DNA from: Aliivibrio fischeri ES114
GTDB lineage: Bacteria > Pseudomonadota > Gammaproteobacteria > Enterobacterales > Vibrionaceae
DNA: 32,000 nt
Assembly (NCBI RefSeq): GCF_000011805.1
Contig: NC_006841.2
Direction: 5' to 3' (one strand)
This document shows, piece after piece, positions 31,259-32,000 of the stretch. The position numbers and the translations under genes were made by a program. The notes under the pieces are model-generated. The model worked only from the letters and a program-made list of their open reading frames with translations, was not told where the DNA came from and did not search any database. Each line of letters opens with the position of its first letter. Position 1 is the stretch's first letter.

Positions 31259-32000
31259 ATGTCAATGTATGTAGTGGGCCATAAGGTTCCAGATTCAGAT
31301 TCAATTTGTGGTGCGATTGCACTAGCTTACTTAAAAAATCAGATTGGTGAAGCAGCGATTCCTACTCGTTTAGGTGAAGTATCTCCTGAGACTGCATTTA
31401 TCCTAGAAAAATTTGGCCTTGAAACGCCAGAATTAAAAACAAGTTACGCTGGTGAAGAAGTGTACATTGTTGACCATTCAGAGTTAACTCAAGCACCTGA
31501 CGATATTGCAGAAGCCACTATCGTAGGTATTGTTGATCACCATAAATTAGGTGACTTAACAACTTCAACTCCTCTTGAGTGCTGGATTCGTCCTGTTGGC
31601 TGTAGTAACACAGTTATTAAGATGATGTATGATTTTTACAATGTAGAAATTCCACAAAACATTGCTGGTATCATGTTATGTGCAATTTTAAGTGACACTG
31701 TAATTTTCAAATCACCAACATGTACAACGGCTGATATCAAGTGTGTTGAAGCACTAGCTGAAATTGCTGGTGTTGAAGATTTCAAAGCACTAGGCATGGA
31801 AATGTTTAAAGTAAAATCAGCAGTAGAAGGTACACCAGTACGTGATCTTGTTATGCGTGATTTTAAAGATTTCAACATGAATGGCGATCTTGTTGGTATT
31901 GGCCAATTAGAAGTGATCGATCTTTCTGTATTTGATGAAATTAAAGAAGAGTTAGAAGCTGATATCGCAGCAATGAAAGCTGAAGGTAACCGCCACACTA
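31259..32000 (+). CDS. ppaC: manganese-dependent (family II) inorganic pyrophosphatase, truncated by the window end
   Basis: MSMYVVGHKVPDSDSICGAIALAYL...VDHSE...GIVDHHKLGDL: DHH family; AAAGGAGAG Shine-Dalgarno. Not in the ORF track because no stop falls inside the window. Confidence 0.93.
   Translation, partial: MSMYVVGHKVPDSDSICGAIALAYLKNQIGEAAIPTRLGEVSPETAFILEKFGLETPELKTSYAGEEVYIVDHSELTQAPDDIAEATIVGIVDHHKLGDLTTSTPLECWIRPVGCSNTVIKMMYDFYNVEIPQNIAGIMLCAILSDTVIFKSPTCTTADIKCVEALAEIAGVEDFKALGMEMFKVKSAVEGTPVRDLVMRDFKDFNMNGDLVGIGQLEVIDLSVFDEIKEELEADIAAMKAEGNRHT

Overview
The window looks like core chromosome of a Vibrionaceae species. The 16S sequence and gene content suggest Aliivibrio (A. fischeri group), which is inference. 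From left to right it contains: the 3' end of a 5'-nucleotidase-like gene; two translationally coupled TPR-type genes on the minus strand, one with an intact GGEEF domain and one with an apparently decayed GGDEF domain; a SorC/DeoR-type regulator; a transposase-like zinc-ribbon protein; deoD; ktrAB; a ~179 bp MITE-like inverted-repeat element; an MscS-family channel; a cytochrome c'/b561 pair; a NUDIX hydrolase and a DUF3820-like gene; an aldo/keto reductase; pyrC; arfA with its 3' hairpin; tRNA-Gly; a Lon-like protease; an orphan protein; a DOPA-dioxygenase-like gene; tdh-kbl; a LysR regulator and a small P-loop ATPase; a complete rrn operon (16S, tRNA-Glu/Lys/Val, 23S, 5S, tRNA-Trp) followed by a 126-bp-offset duplication carrying a tRNA-Trp remnant; and the start of a Mn-dependent inorganic pyrophosphatase. 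I found no CRISPR array, phage, integron or convincing new defence system. The best second-look items are the arfA terminator hairpin that contains the stop codon, the degenerate GGDEF paralogue, the domesticated-transposase-like gene next to deoD, the MITE-like element, the orphan 409-aa protein, and the tRNA-Trp remnant duplication.
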